In this document: positions 50,863-62,044 of the stretch, in pieces
Layout: each line of letters opens with the position of its first letter
Numbering within the stretch: the first letter of the stretch is position 1
Source: an uncultured Clostridia bacterium
GTDB taxonomy: Bacteria > Bacillota > Clostridia > TANB77 > CAG-508
DNA: 64,000 bases
Assembly: GCA_944386415.1 (NCBI GenBank)
Contig: CALXAY010000007.1
Coordinates: forward strand, 167-64,166
Direction: 5' to 3'
Position numbers and translations under genes: made by a program
Notes under the pieces: generated by a model
The model's input: only the letters and a program-made list of their open reading frames with translations
Database searches by the model: none
Told to the model about the DNA's origin: nothing

Positions 50863-53800
50863 TTATGGCTTCGTAACTGTAATTGCATAGTCATATCCTG
50901 GATTCCATGTAGTTGTTACAGATCGAATTAAATCAGTACTTCCACAATCATAAAATTGTCCATTTCCCGCATATATTGCCGTATGATATGCTGGAATTAA
51001 AACGATATCTCCTGCTTGTGCTTGTGAACCATCTTTTACAGTCCATCCTTTTCTCTGTGCTAATCCTAATAATGTTCTTGTAGTTTGTTGCCATCCTGCT
51101 AAATCAGTATATCCATATTCATATAATACCCATGTAACATATGCACTACAATCTATACCATTATAGTTATTTTCATCTATTGGTATTGTATTTCCATTAT
51201 AATATACAAAGTTATGTTCTCTTACATAATCATGGCATTCTTTTGCAACCTCTAAAAAGTCTCCTCCATTTCCGATAAATTGTGATACATCTATTCCTGC
51301 TGCATTAAACATATTTGTCATATACATAAGTACATTTTCAATCCATCCTCCTGGTGCATCAGCATCTTCGCAATAAATCATTCCTATACTTCTAACCGTA
51401 TAATTCCCTTCAGTAAAATAATAACCCAATCTTGCTATTTGATTACAAAAAGCTTCTATTGAACCAGCTGGAGAATCATATTTCATCCATCCACCACTAG
51501 GATTTCTAATACTAAACCAGTTGTTTCCACCTATTTGCAAGTTAGTTCCTGCACCACATTCTGCTGTGGTTACTGCAGCTGCAAATACTGCGTTAACTCT
51601 ATACTCTTCTTGTAATCTTAAAAAATCTTCTGCATAAGCTACTAAATTTTCACTTCCTGCTCCTCCTGAACCTGCAAAAGCTGTTTTTAAAGTTTCAAGA
51701 TCATCGATTACTATTTCTTTAGGTGACATATCAATGTGTACTATATAGTCATTTGCACTTACAGAGTTTAAACTTCCTGGATAGAATATGCTAAAGTCAA
51801 ATTCTGTAACTCCATAATCAGCACCTGTTGCTTTATATAACAAATACTTAATTAAATCTACCATATCTGATGTGCTATCATTTGTTTCTAAAATTTCAAA
51901 TAACCACTCTGCTACTGATCTTATACTACTACTGTTTCTTTCATAGTCTGGATCATTGAATATTGTTACAAAATTAGGTTCTTCTGAATCTGGATCTGTT
52001 TTCTCTTTTAATATTGGTGTTCCTTGAATATATTTTTGAGTTTCAACAGTATTTGTAATATTATCCTCAATATTTATATATTTAGTAAAGTATTCTACTA
52101 ATACATCAACATCATAAGTAACAGTTGGTGGTGTGACAGTTGAAGTTGTTGTTGAGGCTAAATTGCTTGTATTGGTCGTGCTAGAAGAATGACTTGAAAT
52201 ATACCTTTGTCTTACACTGCTTCCTAAACTACTTTTTTTCGAATCTATTTCAGTACATGTAAAAGATGAACCATTTGCAGTCCCTGATGAAGTATATTCT
52301 GTATCTGGATGTGTTACCGTATTATTTGTCGTATTTGATGATGGTGCTTTATAAGTAAACTCATTTTGATAATCCACAATCCATACATTTGCTCTCGTTA
52401 CTGCTATATTTAATGTATTTGTTTGAGTTACAACTGTTTTAACTGTTCTATAATTTTGATCTTCTCCCCATGGATCATGCGTATGAGCTGCTACTGTTCC
52501 ACTTTCTGTTATTCCTCCACAATTTGCTGTTATAGTTGCGTCTCCAACTTCTGCTTTTGTTCTTAAGGTATATGTCCAATCATCAACATCTGTATTAATT
52601 GTTAAATTATCATGAACCGTTATTTCTATATCGCTATTATAGACTAAATCTGCTAATTCCATTACAAAGCCTTGTCCGTCTCCACAAACTAAAAACGCCC
52701 ATAATAAATCGAATGGCATGGTATATGGTTCTACCATAACCTCATAATTTACATCTGTAGTTGTCATTGTATATGTTGTAGTATCTACTGGCTCAACATT
52801 TGGATCATTGGTTGTAACTGTAGTATCAACTTGTCTCCATGTAGCAACTACAGCAACATAATTAGAATTATTATTACTTTTCGCTATTCCTGCTGCACCT
52901 GCATCTGTAGTTATTATATAATTGCAATCTTTCATTATCTCACTTGGATCAAACCAACCATTAAGAGTATCACTAGATGGGTTAGATATATATACTTGTC
53001 CCTGTTCATTTATATCTACTACAGCCATTATATGACTGTTATTTGTAAAAATTGTTCCACCCTGCACAGAAACAAGTAATACTTTACCATTTCGTAAATT
53101 ATCTTGTATTTTTTGTACTGTAGGACTATGATCAATCTCCGCTGCCATACCCAGCGAGTCCATTTCTTGTTTTAGAGTATCATAACTTGTAAGTCCATAT
53201 TTTGAATTCATTTCAGCAGCTATATCTGCTGGCGTATAATTATTATTTGTCAAACCACTTGCAAGTATTGATACTGAGGTTGGTCCACATCCTGAATCTG
53301 AAATTGTACCACTCCAATATGCATTCCCTGCATATGTTCCTTTATATTGTTTGAATTGTTTATATGTAATTCCAGCTGATGATACATATTCTGAATCATA
53401 CCCATCTCCAGTATTTGGTATTTCTGTAGCTGAACCTACATTTCCATTTTCATCTGCATTTTCTTCATTTTCCTTTTCTTGCTCTTCACTATCACTTCCA
53501 TCACTTTGACTTACATTTGGATCTTCTGTCGTTCCTCTTGTTCTATTGTTGTCTTCCCAACCCCAACCAAGCCAACCTTGTTTACCATCTAAAACGTCTA
53601 CTTGCCATGAAAGCCATTCTTCCATTGTTGAAACAATTATTCCGCCAGACTGGCTATCAATTACCTTTCCTCCTCCTATATATATTCCTATATGCCCATA
53701 TGGTCCAGAACTTCCACTTCCTGTTCCATATACTGATGCACCTATTGGAATTTCACTCATATCCGTAGATATACAATGATGTTTATATGATTCATATGCT

Positions 53801-54570
53801 GAATAATGTCTACATGGTGTTATCCCAGCAGTATCATATACATCATATACCCAACCTGCACATAATCCTTCTCCTGGCCACGGTGTATTATTAGCTGCAT
53901 CTATAAGCCTTTGTGAAATATCTGTCATTACTCCTTCTCCTGCTGCTATTGCTCCACCATTTCCTGAAGATGTTGAAGCTGCTGTTTGTCTCAAAGTAAA
54001 ATGTGATAAAGCTGCTTGTTTTGCTGATTCACTTCCTGTGCTATTATACTCATCAATATATCCCTGGAATGTAGCTGGATCTACATATGTCATTGTAGAT
54101 TTATTTCCATCAGTATATGCTCTTTTAAATTTTATAATTCCTTGTATCGAGTCTCCATTTATAACCGATTCCCAATCTACTGCTTCATCAGGATTAGGAC
54201 GAGTATCAGGATATTGAGTAATCATCTCAGCCTTCATTAACTTTGCTAAATCTTCGGGTGAATCTAAATAGTCATCTACATTACTTCCATTTTCTATCAT
54301 TTTATCCCATAACTCTTGCGGTGTTATAGATGTTGAAATACTACCATCTGAATTTATAGTAGTTCCATTAACATATGTTGAAGCTGCATATGGAGCATTA
54401 CTCCAATCATCTTCTTTATATGTTCCGTCATCTATTGTTATAAAATATATAAAAGCTGATATTAATACAACTATTATTAATATAATAACTATTATCGGTA
54501 AAAATAATGTTGTTACAGTTCTTATTGCCATTTTAGCTAATTTTTTTGCAGTTTCTTTAAATTCTTCCAT
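50863..54570 (-). CDS. Multi-domain peptidoglycan hydrolase (CHAP-like, C39-like peptidase, glucosaminidase-like, NlpC/P60); VirB1 analogue
   Basis: LCAGWV...YGHIGIY; SGCGPTS...SHIMAV; AECG...NNWFSI; GIDCSAYV...AGDIV...HTAIY. Confidence 0.8.
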   Translation of the reverse strand: MEEFKETAKKLAKMAIRTVTTLFLPIIVIILIIVVLISAFIYFITIDDGTYKEDDWSNAPYAASTYVNGTTINSDGSISTSITPQELWDKMIENGSNVDDYLDSPEDLAKLMKAEMITQYPDTRPNPDEAVDWESVINGDSIQGIIKFKRAYTDGNKSTMTYVDPATFQGYIDEYNSTGSESAKQAALSHFTLRQTAASTSSGNGGAIAAGEGVMTDISQRLIDAANNTPWPGEGLCAGWVYDVYDTAGITPCRHYSAYESYKHHCISTDMSEIPIGASVYGTGSGSSGPYGHIGIYIGGGKVIDSQSGGIIVSTMEEWLSWQVDVLDGKQGWLGWGWEDNNRTRGTTEDPNVSQSDGSDSEEQEKENEENADENGNVGSATEIPNTGDGYDSEYVSSAGITYKQFKQYKGTYAGNAYWSGTISDSGCGPTSVSILASGLTNNNYTPADIAAEMNSKYGLTSYDTLKQEMDSLGMAAEIDHSPTVQKIQDNLRNGKVLLVSVQGGTIFTNNSHIMAVVDINEQGQVYISNPSSDTLNGWFDPSEIMKDCNYIITTDAGAAGIAKSNNNSNYVAVVATWRQVDTTVTTNDPNVEPVDTTTYTMTTTDVNYEVMVEPYTMPFDLLWAFLVCGDGQGFVMELADLVYNSDIEITVHDNLTINTDVDDWTYTLRTKAEVGDATITANCGGITESGTVAAHTHDPWGEDQNYRTVKTVVTQTNTLNIAVTRANVWIVDYQNEFTYKAPSSNTTNNTVTHPDTEYTSSGTANGSSFTCTEIDSKKSSLGSSVRQRYISSHSSSTTNTSNLASTTTSTVTPPTVTYDVDVLVEYFTKYINIEDNITNTVETQKYIQGTPILKEKTDPDSEEPNFVTIFNDPDYERNSSSIRSVAEWLFEILETNDSTSDMVDLIKYLLYKATGADYGVTEFDFSIFYPGSLNSVSANDYIVHIDMSPKEIVIDDLETLKTAFAGSGGAGSENLVAYAEDFLRLQEEYRVNAVFAAAVTTAECGAGTNLQIGGNNWFSIRNPSGGWMKYDSPAGSIEAFCNQIARLGYYFTEGNYTVRSIGMIYCEDADAPGGWIENVLMYMTNMFNAAGIDVSQFIGNGGDFLEVAKECHDYVREHNFVYYNGNTIPIDENNYNGIDCSAYVTWVLYEYGYTDLAGWQQTTRTLLGLAQRKGWTVKDGSQAQAGDIVLIPAYHTAIYAGNGQFYDCGSTDLIRSVTTTWNPGYDYAITVTKP

Positions 54571-54596
54571 AAATTCACCTCTTATCTATGCATATT

Positions 54597-55568
54597 CTAA
54601 ACATTTACTTCTATTTTAACTGCTTCGCTTCCTTGACCTTTATAAATAATTAAATTTGAAAATATCATCTTATCTATAATCTTATTTGAAACGTATCTAC
54701 TATAAAATTTGATTGTTAATTCTTTAGTTTGTCCTGATTCTATATTAAGCATAGGATTTGTTAATTCATGTGTATATGCTGGATATTTTGCTCCTTTAGT
54801 ATCCTCCAAATATAACGAATCTGTATATGATTTTCCATCTAAAGTAATTTTGTTTTCAGTATTATTAGTAATTTTTATATCATATTCTTCTCTATCCATA
54901 TATATATTACTATTTAAAACTTCTACTTTTATATTTTCCTTTTCTGTAATTTTGTTAATTTCTTTATATTTAATATAGTTATTAATATTTAATTTATATT
55001 CACCATTAACTTTTTCAACTGTTATATAATCTTGTTTTGAATAACCATTGTTACTTTTTCCGCTTGCCAATAAATCTTCAGTGATATCAACTCTATATAT
55101 GTCACCAACCCAATTTTCAACAGAATACGTCTTTCTTTCTCCTCCAAATACATTTTGATAATATGCTTGTTCGAAACTTTCTAAAGAATTATATAATTGT
55201 TCTTTGCAATTATCTGTTAATAAATTGTATGCTTCTGAAGTTTTTCCTTCATTACAAAAATCCATAAAATCTCCTATTACTTCTGCTGCTGTTTTTAATT
55301 TTTCATATGAATTTCTATTTCCAGTTACCGCAGAATACATAGATTCAAAGTCTACATTTGTTTCTTGTCTTATTTCTTTTATTGTATTTCCCTCTGATAT
55401 TGCATTTGCATCGATTAACTTATTGTTACTATTATTTCTTTTTCCTAAGAAGTTAAAAAATTGGACTATAATAATAACAGCGGCAATAATGCCAACTGTT
55501 ATCCATATTTTCTTTCTATGATTATTATACCATAATCTTAATTCTTGCATAATTACCGCTCTCCTCAC
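54597..55568 (-). CDS. Membrane-anchored NTF2-like protein (VirB8-like candidate)
   Basis: N-terminal TM; FMDFCNEG..SEAYNLLTD resembles the repeat in 49693-50850. Confidence 0.5.
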   Translation of the reverse strand: MRRAVIMQELRLWYNNHRKKIWITVGIIAAVIIIVQFFNFLGKRNNSNNKLIDANAISEGNTIKEIRQETNVDFESMYSAVTGNRNSYEKLKTAAEVIGDFMDFCNEGKTSEAYNLLTDNCKEQLYNSLESFEQAYYQNVFGGERKTYSVENWVGDIYRVDITEDLLASGKSNNGYSKQDYITVEKVNGEYKLNINNYIKYKEINKITEKENIKVEVLNSNIYMDREEYDIKITNNTENKITLDGKSYTDSLYLEDTKGAKYPAYTHELTNPMLNIESGQTKELTIKFYSRYVSNKIIDKMIFSNLIIYKGQGSEAVKIEVNV

Positions 55569-55570
55569 AA

Positions 55571-58336
55571 TTATAAAGTTTTTTTCTTATATTTATTAAA
55601 TCTATCTACTCTTTTCATTGCTTCCTTACTTGCCGCTTTTGCTTTCTTCTCATCTTTTATTCCAGCTTTTTCTTGAAATTCTCCTGCAAAATGTTCTTCC
55701 CATTTCTTTCTATCTGGACCTTTATATTTTTCTCCAACTCTTTGGGCATATTTTGCATCAGCAATTGCTTGGTCTTGTGTTATTGATGAATCTTCTTTTC
55801 TCATTAATTCAGCTGTTGCTGCATCTTGAGCATTAACTTCGTTCATGATATATTTATTAATTGTTCCATCTTTTTCCATCCTTTTAATTTCTTCTTTAGC
55901 AAAATTATTTTTTCTTAATACCTTTTTATATTCTTTTCTTCTCTCTCTTAAAGCTTCATCTTTCATCATATTTCTAAAGTTTTCATCATTACTTCTCTCT
56001 GCTAATTGCATCATATAATTTTCTCTATTAGCAACTAAATTATCTGCAGCATTATATCCATTATTTGCAAGTACTTTACCTGCCATATAACCTGCTCCTG
56101 CTCCTGCCGCTCCATATTGAAAAGCATTACTTGGATCTCCTGTTGCTACTCCTGCTGCAACACCTACTCCCGCTGCTAAAGCTCCTGTAGCTGCCTTGAA
56201 TACAGGTCTTGTAAATCTAGAGGCCATTCTTATCGCTGGTGCAGCTCTCATAGAATATTTTACAGCATTTCCTCCAATTGTTTTCCCTACTTTTGCAACT
56301 CCTTTAATAAATTTTTTTCTTTTAGGAATATTTTTATTGTTATCTAGAGCCATATTGTTTGGATTAGTTGAATTAATTGAGTTAGTTGAACCACTTGAAT
56401 CATTTGAGTCTTTTGAGCCATTTGAATAATTTGAACCATCATCATTTTCTACAGTCATTCCTTGTTGTGTAGATTCATTAGCAGTTGGCATATTTGTATT
56501 TGTATTTTCTCCTGTACTTTCATCACTTTTTTCTTCATTACCACTAGCCATTGTTACTCCAGCTCCAATTTGTGCTCCTGCCATCACTGCTGTTTCATCA
56601 ATTGTATCCTCATCATCTTCAAATACATCACTCATTTGTCTTACTGATGTATTTCCTCTTGTTCCTTCATTTCCTCCATTACCACTTGATAATTTTTTTG
56701 AATTTTTTTCATTTCCACGTCCTGAAATTAAATTAGCTATTTTATTTATTCCTGCCATTGCTAAAGCTCCTCCTGCAGCTCCATTAAGAGCACTTGGAGT
56801 ACTTGCTTTCTCAAATCCGAAAAGACTTCTTAATAATTTTTCTGCTGGTATCATAAATCCTATTGCAACAATAGAATAAATTATATTCTCTCCTGCTAGT
56901 TCAAATGCTGAAGTTATCAAAATATAATATAATAATAAATGCATTGGTTGTATTAGTAAATTAAATATATATTCCCTGAACCACTTTGTAAATCCTTGTG
57001 CACTTCCATCATTTATTTTATCAATTGGATATGTCATTGCAACCATAGGTGCTATCATAGTTAAAAATGCCATATATAATACCCTTCTTAAATATACAAA
57101 TGTAAAATACACAGTAAAAAATACTAATACCAAATAACATATTACATATCCTACATAACTAAATCCTCCTGTATCAAATTGGAACTCTAATCTTAATTTT
57201 CCAAGTAGATTTGTTGGATATGATACAAAGGCAACATCACCTTCGTTAACATCAACTGTTCCATCTGTAGTTAATTGATTACCATCCTTATCATATAACA
57301 TATAAGATAAATCATTATCATTAAACCACTTTACCATTTTTCCATTTTCATCAACAGGAAATCTAACAGCATATGCATTTTGATCAACTCCTGTCGATAC
57401 TATATCTGTTAATTTTTGAACCAATGTAACAGAAAAAGCCATAATATAATGCATTAGAAACAATAACATTAGTCCTATAAACCAATCTTGTAACATTTGT
57501 CTATATTTTGCTTTGTCTGATGCAAGTGTTGAAAGTAGCATTCTTATACCAATATACAAAAGAACTATCATCATAGCAACTAATGCTATATTTCTTATTC
57601 CTACATACCAACGTGAAATTGCACCAGATAAATCTTCTGCAATGTTTTGTTTAGATGTTATAACTTTTTCACCTTCATCGTTTGTATAATACCAATTTCC
57701 ATCTGAATCCTCACTAAGTTGTATTGGATCACCAAAAAAATCTACATTAAATAAAAGTATCTTTCCTTGAAAAATTTCTTCTGGACTATAATTAAATACC
57801 GGTAAATACAATGTTGCTGGTACCTTTACATCTTCTGAAAATACAGATGCACTTACTTGAGAAATTGGAGCAGACGATGAACTAGTTGCTATATCTACTA
57901 CTACTGTTCCTATTACAATTGTAGCTGCTGCTTTAGCTAGGGCCGAACCTATTGTTCCTATAAGTGCTACAACTCCAACTCCCGATGCTACTGCTGCAAC
58001 TACTGTTGCAATAGCTGCAACTACAGCTACAGCAACTACCAATATTTTCCCTAAAATTTCCCAAATACTTGCTTCTACATCTACTGGATATATGGATGTA
58101 TTGGTACCCATTATAGCATCTTGTGCAATCCCTATTATAGCATCACCAATAGTTGCAACCAATGACATTACAGGAGTTAATAGCTTACCTCCTCCTTCAA
58201 CAATCACATCAGTCACATCTGCACCTAATGTAGGTTTTGCAACTATAAATTCAAATACTAGAATAAATATCAGCACTATTATTATCTTTGACCATATGCT
58301 TTTATTCGTAAAAAATTTCATAAGGTTTCCCTCCAA
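55571..58336 (-). CDS. VirB6-like polytopic T4SS membrane protein
   Basis: Multiple TMs; YLRRVLYMAFLTMIAP and WFREYIFNLLIQPMH; low-complexity C-terminal tail; follows virB4. Confidence 0.75.
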   Translation of the reverse strand: MEGNLMKFFTNKSIWSKIIIVLIFILVFEFIVAKPTLGADVTDVIVEGGGKLLTPVMSLVATIGDAIIGIAQDAIMGTNTSIYPVDVEASIWEILGKILVVAVAVVAAIATVVAAVASGVGVVALIGTIGSALAKAAATIVIGTVVVDIATSSSSAPISQVSASVFSEDVKVPATLYLPVFNYSPEEIFQGKILLFNVDFFGDPIQLSEDSDGNWYYTNDEGEKVITSKQNIAEDLSGAISRWYVGIRNIALVAMMIVLLYIGIRMLLSTLASDKAKYRQMLQDWFIGLMLLFLMHYIMAFSVTLVQKLTDIVSTGVDQNAYAVRFPVDENGKMVKWFNDNDLSYMLYDKDGNQLTTDGTVDVNEGDVAFVSYPTNLLGKLRLEFQFDTGGFSYVGYVICYLVLVFFTVYFTFVYLRRVLYMAFLTMIAPMVAMTYPIDKINDGSAQGFTKWFREYIFNLLIQPMHLLLYYILITSAFELAGENIIYSIVAIGFMIPAEKLLRSLFGFEKASTPSALNGAAGGALAMAGINKIANLISGRGNEKNSKKLSSGNGGNEGTRGNTSVRQMSDVFEDDEDTIDETAVMAGAQIGAGVTMASGNEEKSDESTGENTNTNMPTANESTQQGMTVENDDGSNYSNGSKDSNDSSGSTNSINSTNPNNMALDNNKNIPKRKKFIKGVAKVGKTIGGNAVKYSMRAAPAIRMASRFTRPVFKAATGALAAGVGVAAGVATGDPSNAFQYGAAGAGAGYMAGKVLANNGYNAADNLVANRENYMMQLAERSNDENFRNMMKDEALRERRKEYKKVLRKNNFAKEEIKRMEKDGTINKYIMNEVNAQDAATAELMRKEDSSITQDQAIADAKYAQRVGEKYKGPDRKKWEEHFAGEFQEKAGIKDEKKAKAASKEAMKRVDRFNKYKKKTL

Positions 58337-58337
58337 T

Positions 58338-60290
58338 TTAGTTTCCTTTTCTTTTTGCTAATTCATTTAGGTTTGTCTCAATAAACTCAAATTCTTTTCT
58401 CGTTGGTGTTATTTTTAATATTGCTGTATCAGCACCTACCTTAAATAATCCTTCACCCCTTTGGCAAGTTACTAAGAAATTAGCTTCTCCTTCAGAAAGT
58501 TTAAATACTTCTTTTAAGTATTGTATTTCTGATTTATCCTGTGCTAAAAATAGTTTTGTATCAGAAGATGTAAGAACTGCTTGTGCTTCTGGTTTTTCAT
58601 AGAAATCTTGGAATCTTTGTGAAATAATAGCTAAAGAAACATTTCTTTTTCTAGCACGTCTTGCCATTTTATTTAAGAAATCTACTGCTTCAGGATATGG
58701 TAATAACATCCATGCCTCATCAACTAGAACTCTTTTCTTAGCAGCCTTTTTTCTATCCTCACTATTTTTCTTAACAAATTTTTCCCAAATCCATGAAAGT
58801 AAGATTTGTTGTGCAAGAGGTCTTGCAAATCTTTCCTCTAATTGAGATATATCTAGATTTATAAAAGGTGCTCCCTCTAAAAGCTCAAAAGTAGATTGTC
58901 CATCAAAATATGCCATCTGTCCATCATATTCTCTTATGTATTGCTTCATAACTTTCAATAAATAACTATAATGGAATTGATAATCTGGGTTTTTATTTTC
59001 TTGAGCTTTTGCTTGTAACCTTCTATACCAACTACCTATTGTTGGCATTTTTTTCTTTTTCTTAGAAAGGATTTCTCCTCTTGATATTGCTGAAGTATCT
59101 TGCTCATATAAGCTGTTAGGGTTACTAGTTATTCCTAAAGCCGCATACTCTTCTGCAACTGTTTCAGCTATAATTTGTTTTGTAAGTTCATTTACTTCTG
59201 TACTTCTTGTACTACCTTTTGCCATCGTAAGAAGACCTTGTGTAACGTCTTCTACTTTATTTTCAACACTTAAAACAACTCTATCTTTTCCAGTTATCTC
59301 ATCTTTTACTGTTTCTGTTTCTATATCAAAAATATTTATAACTGTCTTTGATGTAGGACTTATTACTACATTTATTCCTCCCAAACTTTCAGCAACAACT
59401 GTATATTCGCCTTCAGCATCAAGAGCTAAACTTTCAATTCCTGATAACACTGATGATCTAGAAACTAAAAGTTTCATAGTTACTGATTTACCAGCTCCAG
59501 ATTTAGCAAATATAACCATGTTATAGTTTGTTAAAGAACTATGAAAATTATCAAATAGTATTGGTGTTCCTGTTTGTTTATTAAATCCTAATGGAACTCC
59601 TGATGGATGTCCTATCTCTGAAGTTGTAAAAGGAAATACTGTTCCCATAGAATTTCTATCAAATGTATGAGATTTAGTGATTTTATTACTCATAAGAGGT
59701 AGGTTAGTTTGAAAAGCTTCTTCTTGTATTCCCCATGCACTTTTTATTCCTACTAATGTTTTAGACATTTCAGAAGCTAACATTTTTGTTGACCTCTCCA
59801 AATCCTCTAAATTATATGTAAATAATGTAGCAACAACAGTTGCTTCAAATAATTTATTAAATCCTGCTGCAATTTCATCTCTTAACTGTTCTGCCTCTAG
59901 TCTTTTCTGTGCAATTGTACTTTCTCTATTTATGTTTCCTCTATCTGCTGCAACAATTCTTTCTGTTTCTAACTCATTTATTACTCTGTTTAAATCATTT
60001 TGAGATTTTTCTTCTTTTATCGGTGAAATATAAATTGATGTATTTATATCACCAAAAAGATACATATCCCTAAATAATTCTGGAAAAGTACACATTCTTG
60101 GAAGGGTTGAAACAAAGAAGCTTCTTGCATATCTTTTAGTGTTTGATATAATCTCTAAATGATCTATATTTGAAACATCTATTCCAGATGGTGCTATTAA
60201 GTCTTTTATTGTTGATCTTTTAAATATATCTTTTTCTAGCTCTTCGTTAATTTGTATTTGCTCTTCTTGTACCTTTTTATTTTTTTTCAT
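58338..60290 (-). CDS. virB4: VirB4-like T4SS ATPase
   Basis: NYNMVIFAKSGAGKS, DAEGEY, LVDEAW, RRARKRN and ISQ motifs. Confidence 0.92.
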   Translation of the reverse strand: MKKNKKVQEEQIQINEELEKDIFKRSTIKDLIAPSGIDVSNIDHLEIISNTKRYARSFFVSTLPRMCTFPELFRDMYLFGDINTSIYISPIKEEKSQNDLNRVINELETERIVAADRGNINRESTIAQKRLEAEQLRDEIAAGFNKLFEATVVATLFTYNLEDLERSTKMLASEMSKTLVGIKSAWGIQEEAFQTNLPLMSNKITKSHTFDRNSMGTVFPFTTSEIGHPSGVPLGFNKQTGTPILFDNFHSSLTNYNMVIFAKSGAGKSVTMKLLVSRSSVLSGIESLALDAEGEYTVVAESLGGINVVISPTSKTVINIFDIETETVKDEITGKDRVVLSVENKVEDVTQGLLTMAKGSTRSTEVNELTKQIIAETVAEEYAALGITSNPNSLYEQDTSAISRGEILSKKKKKMPTIGSWYRRLQAKAQENKNPDYQFHYSYLLKVMKQYIREYDGQMAYFDGQSTFELLEGAPFINLDISQLEERFARPLAQQILLSWIWEKFVKKNSEDRKKAAKKRVLVDEAWMLLPYPEAVDFLNKMARRARKRNVSLAIISQRFQDFYEKPEAQAVLTSSDTKLFLAQDKSEIQYLKEVFKLSEGEANFLVTCQRGEGLFKVGADTAILKITPTRKEFEFIETNLNELAKRKGN

Positions 60291-60292
60291 TA

Positions 60293-61501
60293 TTAACCCT
60301 CCTCTTCTTCAGTTTTAATCGCTTTTTTAGTTGTCCTTTTTCTTTTTACCTTTTCTTTTGCTTTTTCTGCTATATCGCTTCCTACTATTTCTTGGTTCTC
60401 ATCTATAATAATCTGTGCCATTTGTTTAATTAAATCATCCATTTTAGCTTCTTTTTCTTTTGCTCTTTTTTGTTCTTCTGATTCTGCCATTGCTTCTCTT
60501 AAAGAACTATTTGCTAAATTCTGAGCATCTCTTTCTATCTTCTTATCAAGCTCTTTTATTCTTTTTTGTAGTACATCTTCTCCTGTAGAATATAGTTCAT
60601 CATATCCAGCATTTAATGCTTTATTTAAATCATAAATTTCTGCATCATCTCTGTTATATGCAATATATAATAATTCTGCTAGTCCATTAGAATCTAATAT
60701 TTTTCCATTCACATTACAAACAGCTAATGCACTTATAATGGCTTGAGCTTTTGTGTATAATTCTGAAAAAGCCATACTTCTTATTTCGTCTTTTCCATAG
60801 TTATTTGTATTAATATCTTCTGGAACATAATCAATAATAATATAATAATTTTTTCTTAATATATTTCTATTTAAACTCATTCGCTCTGTATTTTTTACAA
60901 GATCTATACCATATTCATATAAGTTTTGTTCTCTTGTAACTTCTAATTTCGCTTTGTTTAATTCTACTTGACTATATCCCATATTCTGCTTTCTGTTATA
61001 TTCCATTTGCTTTCTTAGTAACCTATCTCCTATTGTATTTACTCTTTCTTTATATTTTGTTATTCCACTTTCAAGATTAACTGTCCTTGTTTGTACATAT
61101 ATTTGAATAGGATATCTCAATGTATTTAAAAATTGTATAAACCCTTGCTCTACGCTATTTTTTTCTAATCCTGACATTAAATCATAATTTACACCTTGAC
61201 ATTCTATAACCATTAAAAACTTATTTCCGTTTTTTCTTATAATCATGTTATCTTCTATTTTATCAAATTCCATAAAAGAAAATATTGATTGTTTATTATA
61301 TGTAACTACATTTGTTTTGGTTTGGGCAGTTTTATTAGACTTGCTACTTTTAGACGTTATCAAATCATCAGGTGCTTTTTCCTTTTTAGGATTTTTCGTT
61401 TTTGCCCTTAATACTAAATATACTATTACTAGAATAAGTAATACAGCAATCATTATAATTAATACTATTGTAAGTAAGTTACTTATTTGATCACTATTCA
61501 T
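60293..61501 (-). CDS. T4SS-associated membrane protein (lies between prgI and virB4)
   Basis: N-terminal TM; IECQGVNYDLMS and FLNTLRYPIQIYVQTR. Confidence 0.65.
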   Translation of the reverse strand: MNSDQISNLLTIVLIIMIAVLLILVIVYLVLRAKTKNPKKEKAPDDLITSKSSKSNKTAQTKTNVVTYNKQSIFSFMEFDKIEDNMIIRKNGNKFLMVIECQGVNYDLMSGLEKNSVEQGFIQFLNTLRYPIQIYVQTRTVNLESGITKYKERVNTIGDRLLRKQMEYNRKQNMGYSQVELNKAKLEVTREQNLYEYGIDLVKNTERMSLNRNILRKNYYIIIDYVPEDINTNNYGKDEIRSMAFSELYTKAQAIISALAVCNVNGKILDSNGLAELLYIAYNRDDAEIYDLNKALNAGYDELYSTGEDVLQKRIKELDKKIERDAQNLANSSLREAMAESEEQKRAKEKEAKMDDLIKQMAQIIIDENQEIVGSDIAEKAKEKVKRKRTTKKAIKTEEEEG

Positions 61502-61841
61502 CTTTTGTATCCTCCTTTAGATAAATATATATTTTATTTTTACCCTTTTTAAATTTTATCCACCTTTTTATAACGTCATCTATTGCTTCTCCACCTGTTT
61601 TTTCTGTTAACTTAAATTTTTTACTTTCGGGAATTTTAAATGTTCCTATGCAAAATCCTATCACCCCAAATAATACTACAAAAAATATTCCAACCATTGT
61701 TAATCCGATTGCACTAAAAATTAAATAAAATAATCCTCCTATTAGAGCTCCAACTCCAGTATAAGCCAAAGCTTTCGTAGAAAAAATGTATAAAATTCTA
61801 CTTTCCCCTCTATAGTTTCTTGGAATTTCATATATTTGCAT
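61494..61841 (-). CDS. PrgI/VirB3-like protein
   Basis: YEIPRNYRGESRIL followed by two TMs; upstream of virB4. Confidence 0.75.
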   Translation of the reverse strand: MQIYEIPRNYRGESRILYIFSTKALAYTGVGALIGGLFYLIFSAIGLTMVGIFFVVLFGVIGFCIGTFKIPESKKFKLTEKTGGEAIDDVIKRWIKFKKGKNKIYIYLKEDTKDE

Positions 61842-62044
61842 ATTTAAACCCTCCCTTGGCATAATATCATATTGTATATATTATACCAGATTTTTTTGGT
61901 AAAAGCGACATTTTATCTCGTTTTTTTATATTTTTAACAAAAATGTAATATAACTGTAATATTTAAATTGTACTTTTATAAAAATAAAAAAACATCATCA
62001 AAACAAATTGACGATGTTTTTTATTTTTTACAATATTTTTATAG

